Positions 13,576 through 26,228 of a DNA stretch of 64,000 bases are shown piece by piece. Source of the DNA: Camelus dromedarius (taxonomy: Eukaryota); assembly GCF_036321535.1 (NCBI RefSeq), contig NC_087465.1:6200001-6264000 (forward strand), written 5' to 3'. The translations under genes and the position numbers were made by a program. The notes beneath the pieces were generated by a model that was not told the DNA's origin, did no database searches, and saw nothing but the letters and a program-made list of their open reading frames with translations. Each line of letters opens with the position of its first letter. The stretch's first letter is position 1.

Positions 13576-14224
13576 GTAAAAGCCAGGGCTTTCTTTGCAC
13601 GGATTAAGTGAGATAATGAATGTTTAGCATTTGTGCAATACTTGACTCACAGTAACTGCCCTGTTTATGTGAGTGATGCCATTAGTAATTATTATCAGTA
13701 CTAATAGCAATTATGTTTTGGTTTGGCATCATAATCTGGTGGTTCAGCATGTACACCTGAAATGAAATGTCCTCCCTGACTGCAGGCATTACAGTGTCAA
13801 AAAAAAATTAGGTCAGGAGTCAGGCAGTGGGTTTATCGGCCTAGATGGGGCTCAAACGTAAAGCCAAGTTTGATTTCTAAGCAGTTTATTATTGTCCACA
13901 TAGTTAGTCTCACGTGTTGAGGGCAAACTTTTTATGAAGCAAAACCATTTTTTTCGCTAATTAAATTAGTATACCAATCTCTCAAAGAAGGTGCTTCTTG
14001 AAAACTCTTTAGTTTCCAGAAACCCGTAAGATTTACTTCTGTGAGATTTACTTCTGACCCGAATGAGGATTTGTGTGCTTGGAGAACTAGCATTTTTGTA
14101 CCAGATCTCAAGCTTTGGGAAAGGGTGTTGGCTGTAGAAAATCAGAATATATGTTCTCCATTCCCCTTGCTCTCTGGTGAGCTTTTAGCACCTACTGCTG
14201 TTTCAGCCTCTAGGCAGTGGGGCA

Positions 14225-14395
14225 GAACTATGCTGAGTAACTGTGTGTGCCTTCCCGGGCCTCTCTAAGCCTCAGTTTCCTCATCCGTGAAATGGCTGTG
14301 ATAATAGTGTCCTCCTTTTAAGGCTGTGAAGATTGAGGGAGAGAATTCTTTAAAGTGCTTCCACAGTGTCGGACAGGTAAAAAGAGCTCACCGAT
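14225..14395 (+). mobile_element. MIR fragment
   Basis: ctctaagcctcagtttcctcatccgtgaaatgg...taaagtgcttccacagtg. Confidence 0.7.
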
Positions 14396-14769
14396 GAACT
14401 CCCAAAGTGATTACTGTTGTTTGAAGACCAAAGTCCCCCATCTCCTTTATTTGACCTATTCAATTGCAGATGAAAAGGATAGTTCTGGGATTCCAGGTTA
14501 TCAGAAAATTTTGGTGTGATGACCTTTGACATTTTATCTCTGACCCTAATTTGACCTTTGAGCTAGGATGAGACCTGGAAAAGGGCCCCAGGGAACTGGT
14601 TCCAGCTGTCGAATCTAGAGTCAGAGACTGGCAGCTTTGTTAGAGGCGGTGGCCTCCAAACGCTGCTGGAAATTACACGTGTAACCTGGGAGTTTGATAA
14701 GCCGAGGGGTCTGGGGCTTCAAGCCCTCCTGTCCTCGGCTGTTCTAACTAGCAGTCATTATCTCTGTAA

Positions 14770-16290
14770 TGCTCTGATGCTAAATGATGGCGCTGCTAAT
14801 GCACGCGGCATCCCAGGCACAGGTGCCAGCTGTTCCTCCGCCGGGCAGCTGACCGCCTGTGTGCTCGCAGGCGCGCTCCCGGGGCCCAGCCCCCGCCCGC
14901 ACGAGCCAAACAAAGCCAGCCCCGGCCTTCCACCGCCCACCCGCCCTTCCCCCGCGGTCTGAAGGAGGCCCTCGGCCCTCCTCCCAGCCCTCTCCCCTCC
15001 TCCGCCCCTCCCTCGCTCTTCCCCTCGCTGCCCTCCCTCCCACTGGTGGTTTCTTCCTGCCACAGAAATCCAGGAAACCACCCCCCACATTTCCTCTGCC
15101 CACAATTTTCTCCAGGGCCCAACTCACACACAATTCAGCCTGGTTTGGAGTTCCCTTTTCCCCACCCCACGAGAAACCCCAACTCTGCCCTTCATTTCTA
15201 AGAGTAGGGGCTTGCTAGAGAAGGCTGCTTATTTTTGAGTCTCATGATTGACCTTTCATCATCATCGTTATCATCATCATCATCATCATCAAAAAAAAAA
15301 AAAAAAACAAACAACAAAGCCACACATTGAAGACACATCACCGAAGAACAAATGTGAGGCTTTTCACACACACACACACACAGTCACACACACACACAGC
15401 CCCTTTACGCTCCGGTCAGTAGGGCAGCCTTCCGCAGAAAACATCTGCAGGATGAGTCGTTTTCGGGAACTTTCATCTCCTGATTCATTGTGTCTGCAGT
15501 GCGGGTAACCGAGCTGAAAGCGGGGAACAGCAGGCCAATTTGGCACATAAACAGATTTAAATATGAACCGAGGGGTTTGCCCACCTTATGATGAGTGGTT
15601 GACTTGCTGCCAAAAAGCAAAACAAAAACAAAACAATAGGTGGGGTTGGTGAGGGTTGGGGGACAGGAGTTGCAGTTTCTCAACAGGGCGGAGGCTCCTT
15701 TAATCCTGACAGCTCGAAGGATGCTGGGGGTCACGGCACAGCTGCTGGGCCGGAAAGACAAAGGGCGAGGTGGGGCTCCCGCGGCCTGGCCGCGGGGAGC
15801 TGGGCACGGCGCGGGGCCGAGGGGTCGGGGCTCCGCGCCCCCAGCCGCCTCTGACCTTGACTTCGTCCTCGCGGCTGGCGCGGGAGGAAAGCCTGTCCAG
15901 ATGGGCGTCCCGCGTGTGTCGCCTCCCTCCCGCCCCCGCGCCCTGGCGCAGATGTCGCCGGCCGTTCCGGGCCTCACCGCGCCGCCCACGGAGGCCGCGG
16001 CCCCAGCGCCCCGACCCCTGCCCCGCGCGCCCCTGGCTGGGCCCGCGCTGCGTGCTCAGCTAGGGTCCCCTCGGACAAAGGCGAGCCTGTGCTGGGCCGG
16101 CTCGGGGGCGCCGTCCCCGCAGGTCTCGCCGCGCCCGGCCCCGAGCCATCCCGGGGGTCGTGGACCCTCCGCTCCTCGGAGCATCGGAGGCCCTGGCGAC
16201 CTGCGCGCCCGGACCACGATGTCACCTGCGCCTGGCAAGTCCATGGAGACGGCTCGCACAGTGACAGGTCGGAGGCGGCCCGAGGGATCC
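14770..16290. promoter_or_regulatory. Bipartite CpG island / probable promoter
   Basis: Dense CpG and very high GC at ~14780-15030 and ~15700-16290 in an otherwise CpG-depleted window; GC box GGGCGG 15686, ERR-type TGACCTTGA 15852-15860; CCAAT just downstream at 16313; no repeats. Confidence 0.85.
15258..15397. repeat. Compound microsatellite cluster: (ATC)n, poly(A), (CA)n
   Basis: catcatcatcgttatcatcatcatcatcatcatc-A17 and cacacacacacacacagtcacacacacacaca. Confidence 0.9.
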
Positions 16291-18949
16291 ATAATTTATG
16301 ATGTTGTTCTTACCAATCCGGTTTGGGATTTCACAAGCGTTGCCAGTTTTCTTTCCCATTTGTTGCTTCAGTCTGTCCTTTCGGAGAAAACGCCTCTTCC
16401 CCTCCCCGAGACAGTAGCAGTTACCTTATTGACTCAGTGTGATAAGAAAGAAAAAAGGGGGTTTCTACCTGAGGGATTGCTCAGGAGGGTGAAGGGAACA
16501 CAGGTAAAGGGGCGGGTCTGAAAGAGATGCGTCCACTGTGTACCTGTGGCTACTTTTACCCCAACTATGTAGGAAAAAACTCTTACTTCCAGAGAGCTGG
16601 TGTTGGGGGTTGTGCTCATAGGCAGTGAGGACAGACAGGACTGTCCCTACAATCATCTTCCTCATTTATCATTAAACCTCTTGGCCCTGAGTATTTTTTT
16701 TTTTAGCCCTGCAGGCCTGCCAAGAATGATGACAAGGTGGCAGGAAAGGAAGGGGTTAATTACTCTCCCCTGTAGCCCAGCCTGAGGATCCCGGCCTCCC
16801 CGCCCCCTGCCCCAGGCCAGCATTGCGTCAGAGCAACCTCAGGTGTTTCTAACTTAGGGCTCACTGAGGGACCCTTTGGCAAAGGATGCTTCTGTCCTGA
16901 AAATTCCTTAAATTGCTGTAGTGATTGGGGAAAGATTTATGGATTTTATCAAGTTTTAGTGCAATAAATCAGTAAGTGATAGGAACAGCAAAGGACCCAG
17001 CTAAGTTGGGGGGAGTTTTTTTTCTTGTTTCCTTTCCTTTTTCTTTTTTTTCTTGGAAAAAAGATGTATTGAAGGCTCCTTCTTTTTCTCTTTTGGACTC
17101 AATGTTGCTAAGGGGACTTGGGACCAGAACACGACCATGGCAAATGCTTTTGCTGAGGCTGGAGCTTGCAAAGACTTGAGGAAGAGGGGATCTGAGGGGT
17201 CAGATCTATCCATCCAGATTGCTCCAAGTGCCCAGAGACCCCAAGCCCAGGGCTGCTCCCATTTCTCCTGTGGCTGAGGAGGAACCAGGCCTGGGAGGGT
17301 CCACGAGCTTGAGAGCCAGCGGCCCCTGCAGATGGCTGGGTCATTTTGTGGTTTACAAACGACCAAGTCAGGTTGAAGCCACAGTCACTGTGGTTACAGG
17401 CAACCGTGATTAGTCACACAGTGAGTGACCCAGTTAGATCACACCCTCTTTTAAAAGGACATTATTCAACACCTTGCTAGCTTGATTTCAGAGGCAGTCC
17501 ATGGAACAAGGGGGGATGAAGACAGCGAGGAAATGGGGACTGAAACCAAGGGTGGAGGTTCATGTAGGCCAGGAGTGGGTTTTCTGAAAAGGAGCAGATC
17601 TGGGCTGTGGCTTTTGAGGCAGGTAGGATTTGAACTTTGACAAGAGATGGCTTCCCTGCGTTCGGGTATGGCCTTCTCTGAAGGGAGGTAGGGAAAGAAA
17701 GAAATTGTCTCCGAGTTACCTCCTGAGCGTTGGCTTGGCCTGTACGTTCGGGGCCATCTGTAAGATGAAGGTGGGGAGACAGGAAGAGGAAAAAAAGCCC
17801 TACGTATGGAGGCTTGTGTGGGTTTTTACTTTTTAAAAATAGCGTTTCTTTTTACCGCAGCGGCATAGGGACTTGTAAACACGACTCCCCGGCAACAGTA
17901 AACAAATTAGTCCAGGTTCTTTCATCTGGAAAGGAGGTGGAGCAAGTGTCTCTCTGTCTCTGTCTCTCTCTCTCTTTTTTTTTTTTTTGGCAAAGGGAAA
18001 ATGCAAAACAAAAACTCCCCCCCTCTTAAAGGCTTCTTTGCTGGTGAGTGTTTGTCCAGGAACAAACAGCCTTTTATTCGAATGGTCTCCAAAAGTTCAT
18101 AAGCAAAAAAAAAAGTGTCCAATGTCTGGTTACCCACAATACAGCCTCTGGCTGCATAGTGAAGCTTTTCTGTCCTGGATTTGTGATCTGCTATCGGAGT
18201 CCTTTAATTTCCCCGAACAGAGGGCTCTTTGGGAGAAGAAAGCTTGGGGGTGGGGAGGAACATTGGAATCAGTTTCCCCCCATCCCTTTGCTGTTTTCTT
18301 CCAGTCAGCAAGTAGTCCCCGAATTCTTCTGATCTTTCCCAGCATCTTAGCAAGGTGAGGGCCAGGGAAGGGTTAAACTGGGCCGCGAACAGGTTTCCCT
18401 GCTGGCCTATCTGACTGGGTGGAGCAGCTGGTCAGGCACCACCTAGGAACTCTTCATAAAAAGGAGCCGCCCTACTCCTGGTGCCCTTCATCTCCTTTGG
18501 AGATTTTCCTTTTACAGCGTGTTTTATACCATCTTCAGTGATGACCGTCTTTTTAAAGTCATGGGCTCCCTTTAACTGATGGGAGTTTACAGTTGTTCCC
18601 AACATTCCAAATATAGTATCTGGTGAGATGAAACAGGCAAACGAGGAGGGAGAGGATGGCTGACCATTTTTGAGGGCTGGGCAGAAATAAGTATTTGCAG
18701 CTCAATTTTGATTGCTTGGGAACAAATCATTTGTAATGTTCGGTCGCTTGTAGTGGGTGGAAGCTTCAGTTCAGATAAATTCAGTTTAATAGACTTATTG
18801 TGCAGCCTCAGTCACAGCCAGGTAAACACCAGGTGCCAAGGATACAGGAGAAGAAGACACCCCTCGACCGTGCTTACATTCCGTAGGAGAGGGAGAGCTA
18901 AAAGGTCATTTTTAAGATGACTTTTGGAAACACATAAATCCACTATCCT

Positions 18950-19300
18950 CTAATTACAACTTCAGTTTTATGCTATAAACACAGATTTTTAAAAGTATTT
19001 TGTATATTTTCATATTTTTTATATTTTTTAAAGTATTCTTTACATATTTTGTACAGTTTTGGCAATACTTTGAGAAATACCTTGGAGTATTTTTGAATGG
19101 TTCATTACTATGTTTTCGTACTTAGCATTTGTTGCAGTTTGTGACATAAATATGCTTTCATTTTTCATGCATAAAGGTTTATGGCATATGTTTTTGTGGT
19201 CTGTATTCTTTAAAATTATAAATTGGCCTTAAAAGATCTACTTACTGCTATTCAACATGAATTCAATCTTTTTTGATAATTAAAAAATTAATAAAATAAA
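18950..19300 (-). mobile_element. AT-rich decayed L1ME-like fragment
   Basis: Sharp AT-rich patch with old antisense-L1-like wording; family uncertain. Confidence 0.35.
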
Positions 19301-19339
19301 ATGACTTTTGGATAGGGGTGAGAGCTTTTGAAAATAATA

Positions 19340-19520
19340 GCCCAGGATAGAGAGAAGGCCTCTCTGAAGAGCTATTTGAGCTGAGATCAAGAAACGAAAG
19401 GGAGGCTGCCATGGTACCACTTGGAAAGAGTGGTCCAGGCAAGGAGACTCAGGGAGGCTGAGAGGAGCTGCTTGAGCTGCAGAGACAGAGGGAAGGACCA
19501 GGTCTCAGGGTTGGGGAGAA
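19340..19520 (-). mobile_element. L2 fragment
   Basis: gaaggcctctctgaagagctatttgagctgagatc...ccaggcaaggag. Confidence 0.55.
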
Positions 19521-20844
19521 ACTGGGTGGAGGGGAGGCTCAAGATTCCTTCACTTGCCAGAGTCACGATGTGCACAACTCCAGGGGGTGCTGTCATAACC
19601 TACAGGCTGCCTGCAACTGGCATCTGCCCTGATTCACTTCCACCTGCAAACCAGCAAAACGGCTATGAGGGCACTGGTTGCCCTTTTTATCTGCGAATTT
19701 GCTTTGCCTTGACTTGAAAGTCGGCAACACTGATGGAGAGCGGAAGACACGGCTACCGTAGAGCAAGACCAGGGTGTCACAGTTGGGGGAGGGGAGGGTA
19801 TAGCGGGTGTGTCTTGTGGCTTGGTCTCCATCGTTCCGAGGGGAGAGACCCATGAGCCTTGGACCAGGACCAGTATTTCCCCGTGGGAGAGATTCGGGGC
19901 CCCGGAAGTAACCCCCTCAGACCTGGGCGTGGGCCTCTCTTCTCCTGGGAGCCCGGGCATCCCGCGCCCCAGGCCTGCTTCAGATTTCTTCCAGGAGCCG
20001 GTGGTGCCCCTCCCTCCCTCTCTCTGGTGGTCTATGTCAGCTTCCAAGGGCGGATCCGGCTCTTTTCTCCTGTAAAAGCACCAGGTCACCTCTGAGTTCC
20101 CCGGGAAAAGAGCCCATCTCGCTCCTTCCTTTCCTGCTTGTCTCATTCCTAAATTTAAGTTTTTGATGGGCGGGCAAGGGTTTTCCAATTCCTGGGTAGA
20201 CTGCGGAGGAGAGGAAGAAATAAAGGAATATTCCAGAAGGCAGCAGGAAGATAGGGACGAGGTGGGGAGTGGGGCAGCTCCTCTGACTTACCCCTAGGCC
20301 TCTAAGTTTGAGAAAGAGAATTGTTTTCAGCAAACTCCCACCTACAATTGCCTTTCTTTTTTTCCCGTCACCTCCCTCCCCCCTCCCCCAGCAGCTTGGG
20401 CCTGGTTTCTAAACTGGTTGGTCTGCCCACACCCCGTTCTTCTCAGGGCCTCCACCGCCCACCTGGGTTGAGGGGCCGTGTGCAGCCAGGGCTCTGGGTG
20501 GTGGATGAACAGTTCAGCTCTACTGCCAGCTCTCACTGGCTCCTTGGCCGTCGCAAAGCACCCGCGGTGGCAACCCTCTAGCTGTGCTTCCTTTGCTCAC
20601 ACCCGGACAGAGCAGTGGAACAGAAGCAGGGCCACCGTCTCAAGGCCGGGGCCCTTTCTCAGACCTCTCTGACTCCCTCCCTGTCCTTGCCTCACTTACT
20701 CACAAGAGTATCTAGACTTCCTGTCTCTTTCAACTTCCATTCTCATCCAGAATAGAAACTTTGGTTTTGTTCTGTCGAGTGACCTAGGGTCACAGAATGC
20801 TGGGATGTCCTTCAGTCCATCTTTCCCTTCCTCTTCCAGGATCC

Positions 20845-21065
20845 AGCTCTGGGTTCCGAGACGATGGGTTTGAACCCTAGCCTTGCCTTTACTGTCCACA
20901 GGAACTTGATGAGTTACAGGATTTCTCAGAGATTCAGCTCATTTGTGAAATGAGGATAATAACAGCCCCCCTCCCATAGAGTTGCTTCGAGAATTGAATG
21001 AGGTCCTTGAAGAAGGCTTCCTCAAAGGTGCTGAGCCCAAGGCCAGGGCTCAAGTACGTGATCAG
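20845..21065 (+). mobile_element. MIR SINE
   Basis: gctctggg...gggtttgaaccctagc...tcatttgtgaaatgaggataataacag...gagaattgaatgagg. Confidence 0.7.
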
Positions 21066-21074
21066 CATTTAATG

Positions 21075-21625
21075 TTGCAAACCAACTCCTGAAACTCTCT
21101 CCTTCCCTGGCTTTGTCACCTCGCACTGTGTTCTGAATGCTTCTGGTCTTGGCCTTCTTTGTCTATTTGACGTTCTTCTCCCAGTCTTCTCTGGTCTTCC
21201 TGATGGAACTGAGTGAGTACCTGTTGACCCTGTAATGGGCTCACACTGGAGAGTCTCCCTCATCCATCCTGCAACTACTGGCCCTACATGGGTTGCCTCC
21301 AAATTGTCATCCTCAGTCCTTGCATCTCTGCAGATGACTTCCTGAGACTCTAAGTTCCACTTGGACTTCTCGTGGCATCACAAACCCAATCTGTCTAAAA
21401 CCTAAATTATCATCTTCCCTCTCAGTCAGAAATCCTCTCCCAACCTCCACTCTCAGAACCACACTGGTTCCACCTCCTCCGGAACACCCTTCCTCCCGGC
21501 CACGGTCTCTTTCCCTGAGACTCCAGGTCTGAAGCATCTTCACTTGCACTATCTCCCTTTGAGAATCTCTCTTATTTCCTTTCCAAGACCACCACACACA
21601 TCCAGCTCCTGGGCACTTTGTTCCT
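21075..21625 (+). mobile_element. L2 fragment
   Basis: ctcctgaaactctctccttccctggctt...ctccaaattg...cacttggac...ctgtctaaaacctaaatt. Confidence 0.65.
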
Positions 21626-22179
21626 GTGATGGTCTAGTCACTACCTGCCTGCCCCCAAGCTCCGAGCTCTCCTCCCTGATCCGTCCAGCCATAGACTGAC
21701 TGGTCCCAAGGCAGCCCGTGGGAGGGAGAGAACACGCTGGTCTCTTACATCAGCCATCTCTGTGCAGGGACTTCGTTTCCTCATCTGAATGATATGCACC
21801 TGCAAGTGTGTAATGAAGATTTCTTCGGCTAATGTCCACCCTGTTTGATGTTTAGGAAGAGAGACATCTGGAAAGGGCTGTGAGGTTGATTTGCATGAAG
21901 ATCCAAGAGGGTCTTGGGTAAGAACTCGCCATAAGGGGAGAGAGAATCCAAGTGTGATCAGAGTAATGAGACTATAAGCTACAGCCTGGTGCAAAAAGGG
22001 AAGAGAAATTTCAGGTGTGCTAACATCAGTGAGAGTAAATACTAGGATTAATGTTGCTCTCTGGCCTCATCTCCCACCTTCCCTTTCAGGACTTGTACCA
22101 GATCCTTAGAAGGTGTTATAGCTTATAACAAAAATGAGCTGGTTCAGTAAAATACCTACCAGTATGTTGTTATGAACAC

Positions 22180-23045
22180 AATACATGCCTTCCTCCAGTA
22201 CTTCCTAAGCATGTGCTGTGGGCTCAGCATTGGGGATATGCCTGCCTGGACTTTCCCATCAGGCAGGGAAGACAGATTTTGCAAACAAGGAAGGACCATG
22301 AAGGTTGGTAAGTGCTCTGAGTGGTTCAGGACCGCATATTGGGGTTATTCAGCCTTAGGTTAGAGTCAGACAGGGCTTTGCAGAGGACATGGAATCTAAG
22401 CTGAGACGTGACAGGAGAGCAGGAGGTGGCCGGGCAGAGGGATAGTTCCACGCACAGGGCAACAGGGTGCTCAAAAGTCCCTCAGGCAGAAAAGCACTAC
22501 ATTTTTGAGGAACTGAAAGAGGTTCAACCTGGGCAGAGCATGGGCGGGATGCTGAGAGGCAGGACGGGAGAGGGTGCGCGGCCAGGGCATTGTAGACTGT
22601 GCTCGGGAGTTTTGATTTTACCCTAAAAGGCAAAGGAAAGGCACAAGAGGATTTTAAACGCTGGTGTGTGCGTGTGTGCAACAGCCAGACCTGAGCCTTA
22701 GAAGGGTGTGGGTATAGGAGGTTGCTGCAGGTACCAGATTCGAGGTGATGGCGCCTGGACGGGGGCAGGGCAGTGGACGGGCAGAGAAGTGGATGGATTT
22801 AAGCCATATTTGAGAGGGCTTGCGGTAGGCTGAATACGGGAGGCAAAGGAGGGGGGAGGGGAGGCTGACTCCTAGGTTTCTGACTTGGACAACTGGAGCG
22901 TGTTAGTGACACTGGCTGAGTCGGGGAACACGTGGGGAAATGGGGAAGGGACGTGGATGGGCTTGCTTGTGCGCATGTTGGTTTGAGGTTCCTGAGAGAC
23001 AACCACATGGATGTGAACTTGGGGACACTGGTCACCACTGGGAAG
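22180..23045 (-). mobile_element. L2 LINE fragment
   Basis: Long colinear antisense L2 (aagctgagacgtg, tttgaggaactgaaagagg, gaggtgatggcgcctggac, gactcctaggtttctgacttggacaactgg). Confidence 0.8.
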
Positions 23046-23089
23046 GTCAGAGGAGAGTTGAGACGATCATTCAGATAATTTGTTTTTAT

Positions 23090-23500
23090 CTCTGAGACCT
23101 TTTGGTTGTAAGGAAAGAAATGCAGTCAAGCCAGCTCAAATAAAATGTGGAATGGTTAGGAGCAGCGAGCTCCCCAGGCCTGCTGCTCGCGGGACAGCTG
23201 TGAGGATGGGCACCGGGCGGGGTGGCCCTGGTGCCTACGTTCTGCTCCACTTCCCCCTAGTGGACCAGCCTTCTCTGCTCCTCCGTGAGCCTCCGTCCTC
23301 CATGTCTTTGCTCTTGAGGGAGCTATCCCTGCTCCCTACCCCAGCAGACCAGCATCTGAGTTGAAAAGCTTATTATCATTATAATTCACCATAACTTATA
23401 CATCTCTTTATTCAGATTCTTGAGGAGAGAGGATCTGACCGGCACTAAGAAGTTAATGGCATGGTGGCTTTGGATCAGGTGATCACCCTTGGTCCAAGCA
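23090..23500. mobile_element. Old MaLR LTR (MLT1J/K-like) remnant
   Basis: Starts ttttggttgtaaggaaagaaatgc...ccagctcaaataaaa and ends ggatcaggtgatcacccttggtccaa, both MLT1-like. Confidence 0.45.
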
Positions 23501-23509
23501 GTGACAGTA

Positions 23510-23648
23510 ATGTGTGTATGTGTCTCTGTGTATATGTGTATGTACGTCTGTGTGTATGTCTATGTGTGTATGTACATGTGTATATGTGTTTGTATATATA
23601 TGTGTAAATGTATGTATGTATGTCTGTGTGTGCACGTGGGTGTGTGAA
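23510..23648. repeat. Degenerate (TG/TA)n purine-pyrimidine tract
   Basis: About 135 bp of tgtgtatg-type alternation. Confidence 0.9.
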
Positions 23649-23779
23649 TGTGAGGGGAGTGGTCAGGCCAGTGGAACTGGTGAGTGTGGAACTTTTGATG
23701 TTGATACATTGTTTATTTTCTTATGTAACCTATTAAATGTTGATTTTACTGCTACCATGTGTTCCTTGCAGCAGGAGGA

Positions 23780-23925
23780 AAGAGCCTGGGCAGACAGACA
23801 GTCTGAATGTCCCCTTTCCCGGTGCCAGCTTGGGTGGTGTGTATTCTCTCAGAGCCTCAGTTCCCTGCTCTGTAAAATCAGCAATCCTGTCTGCCTCCCC
23901 AGGAGAGGGGATGAAATGGGCTGAC
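23780..23925 (+). mobile_element. MIR fragment
   Basis: tctcagagcctcagttccctgctctgtaaaatc core. Confidence 0.6.
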
Positions 23926-24419
23926 ACTGTGGATGTTTGGCAGGCGGGAGGAAGCCTTCAGTGGCTGACTGTCCTTCCTTTATGCTTGTTCAAGTCACCC
24001 TTCCCCCAGAAGACATAACAGGACTTACATCATTTTTTTGTAGTGATCCTTATGCATGAATATAAACAAATGTTTATAAACAACCATATACTTTACTCCA
24101 TTAAAAAGTAGTTATAAGCACTCAGTAACATTTTGGAAAATTGAGACCAAAAATAAAAATCATTTACCCATAATCCTGCCATCTAAATAAAAACACAGAA
24201 ACATAAATTATGTTCAGAATGAAAACCATATTTTAAAAGCATTTAATTTTCATAAATCTAGAATATTGATTGACATCTCACTCTAATTTCCTGTTTTGTC
24301 CAGAACATCTCACAGAGAGGGCAGTGTTTAGTTAGAACTATATTATTTCTACCAAATTACAGATATATTCCAGGCAAGAGCTATGTCCACTCAACTGTAC
24401 TTTGAGATGTTAGATTTAA

Positions 24420-24635
24420 TGCAGGGCTAATGAGGCCAAGTCAGAGGTTTCATCCTCACAAGAGTCAATTAGCCTTACTAACTACTATGGCCACACATTT
24501 CACCCCAATCTTGGTTTCCCACCTTGCAAATGAATGGCAGGGGTCACCAGGGAGATTGAAAGAGGACATGGAGAGTTCAATGCAAATCCATTACCATTAC
24601 TAGGCAGCCAACTCAAAGGCTTCTTTTTTGAACCA
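24420..24635 (+). mobile_element. MamSINE1-like ancient SINE
   Basis: atggccacaca...caccccaa...ttgcaaatg...ggtcaccaggg...gcaaatccattaccattact...caactcaaagg is colinear with the recalled MamSINE1 consensus. Confidence 0.55.
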
Positions 24636-26228
24636 TTAAGCGAACTTGGGGGGGAAATGCTAAATAGGCACAATTACAGTATTTCATGTTGAACAATTGT
24701 TGGATTCTAGAATGAAAGTTCCAGGTCCAGCTAGAACAAAACCAGCCCAGATCCATCTGTTTTCAAGGATGGTTAGTGAAAAAAAAAAAAACCTCTAGTT
24801 TCAAATGAAGTAAGGGTCAGCAGCTTCAAACAATGATGGAAACTAGAGAATTCCTTCAGCAGGTTCTCATTTTTAAATTAATACCAACCCACTGGTTGGA
24901 GTTAGAAATTCTGAGAGAAGTAAAATATAGTGAGTGATTATGCTATGATTTGAATGAACCTTGGAGAAGGTCCTGGAAAGTCCTTGTGAGAGGTTGGAGA
25001 GATTTGAAAATCTGCCCATTAACCTGTTTACCTGAGGTCATCTTCAAGCAGACACACAAATTTCAAGAATTCTGTCTGAGAAAGTTGCATTACGCTATTG
25101 GGGAAATTTCTCCAGTGACACTAAATATATGTCTCTGAACATCTGCATGGAGTTTTTAATCAGTCTTCCCTCTACCACAGTGCACTTTCTGTGCACTTAA
25201 CCTGCTTTCTTTGCAAGATGATTTGTACACATACCCACCACTCACTGCACCTCCATGGAGAAGATGTAGACTGCTGAGAAATTCACGTGTGAGCTCTGGT
25301 GACCTCTTCCGCCCTGGTGGCAGGGCTTTGCACCATATTGATATTCCATCCCACCCTTTGTGCAGAGGGCAGGGATGTTAGTTCTCCTGTGCGATAGCTG
25401 GTCACCAGCACTCACACACCTGCACGTGGGTTTAGCCACACATTAGAGGAGAATGTATCATGCAAGTTTTTCTAGCATATGGATTTTTTACCCCCCCGCC
25501 CCAACGTCTTCTTTTCTCCTCTTTGCAAGACCAACCACACCATTTGAGCTCAGAACTCACGATGGAGGCTCAGTTAAGCTGCTGTTTGATACTGTTTTTG
25601 CTTGTTACCGCATCTCTGACATCGTGTCATCATTGATTTGTTCCTGATCAGACCAACCCGGAACAGAATCGGCTTCCTAGATGGGAATTTTTGTGGTCTG
25701 AAAGAGGAGATTTGTTTTAACAAACTATTATCTCTCCCAGGGAAGCAGACAAAGGCAATTTATGAATTTCTTCTTGGCGTTCTCCTGGGGGGCCCCTCTT
25801 GCTTTTCCTCCTGTCCTCCTGTCTCTTTCTCACGCTGCTTACAAACAAAACCCCCAAACAGTACTCACTGAACTCACAAACCATTCCCTGGGCCCCTGAA
25901 TCAGACAGAACTTGTCATTCTGGCTGCCAGTTGAGTGGAGGATGTTGGGAAAAAATACTGTTGTGCAAGTTAAGGAAAGAGTGGGCTGTTCTGGGTTGGG
26001 ATTCTCCTTTTCAGCTCTCCAGAGGCATCAATTAAGGACCAGAAATGTGAAGGTGTAGCGAATGAGCAGAATATTAGGGTTTTTTTTTTTTTTTAAGTGA
26101 AATTCCACTGTTTCCCAGGGATTTTGACATGAAGCTTTACATATTTTTCATGTCAGCTCTATTCCGGGCACCTTTGTTTTCCAGCCTGCATGCCTGCCTC
26201 TTCTTAACAGCTGGACACATCACCATTC

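Noticed and set aside
15248-15508. ORF with poly-His/poly-Lys and THTH runs
   Set aside because: Translation of the (ATC)n, poly(A) and (CA)n microsatellites from a non-ATG start
15640-16521. 293-aa ORF, plus overlapping ORFs on both strands
   Set aside because: Pro/Ala/Gly/Arg-rich with no recognisable domain; long stop-free frames on both strands are expected in very GC-rich CpG islands
19791-19804. ggggagggtatagc resembling the camelid SINE 5' end
   Set aside because: The similarity stops after 14 nt; no B-box or tail
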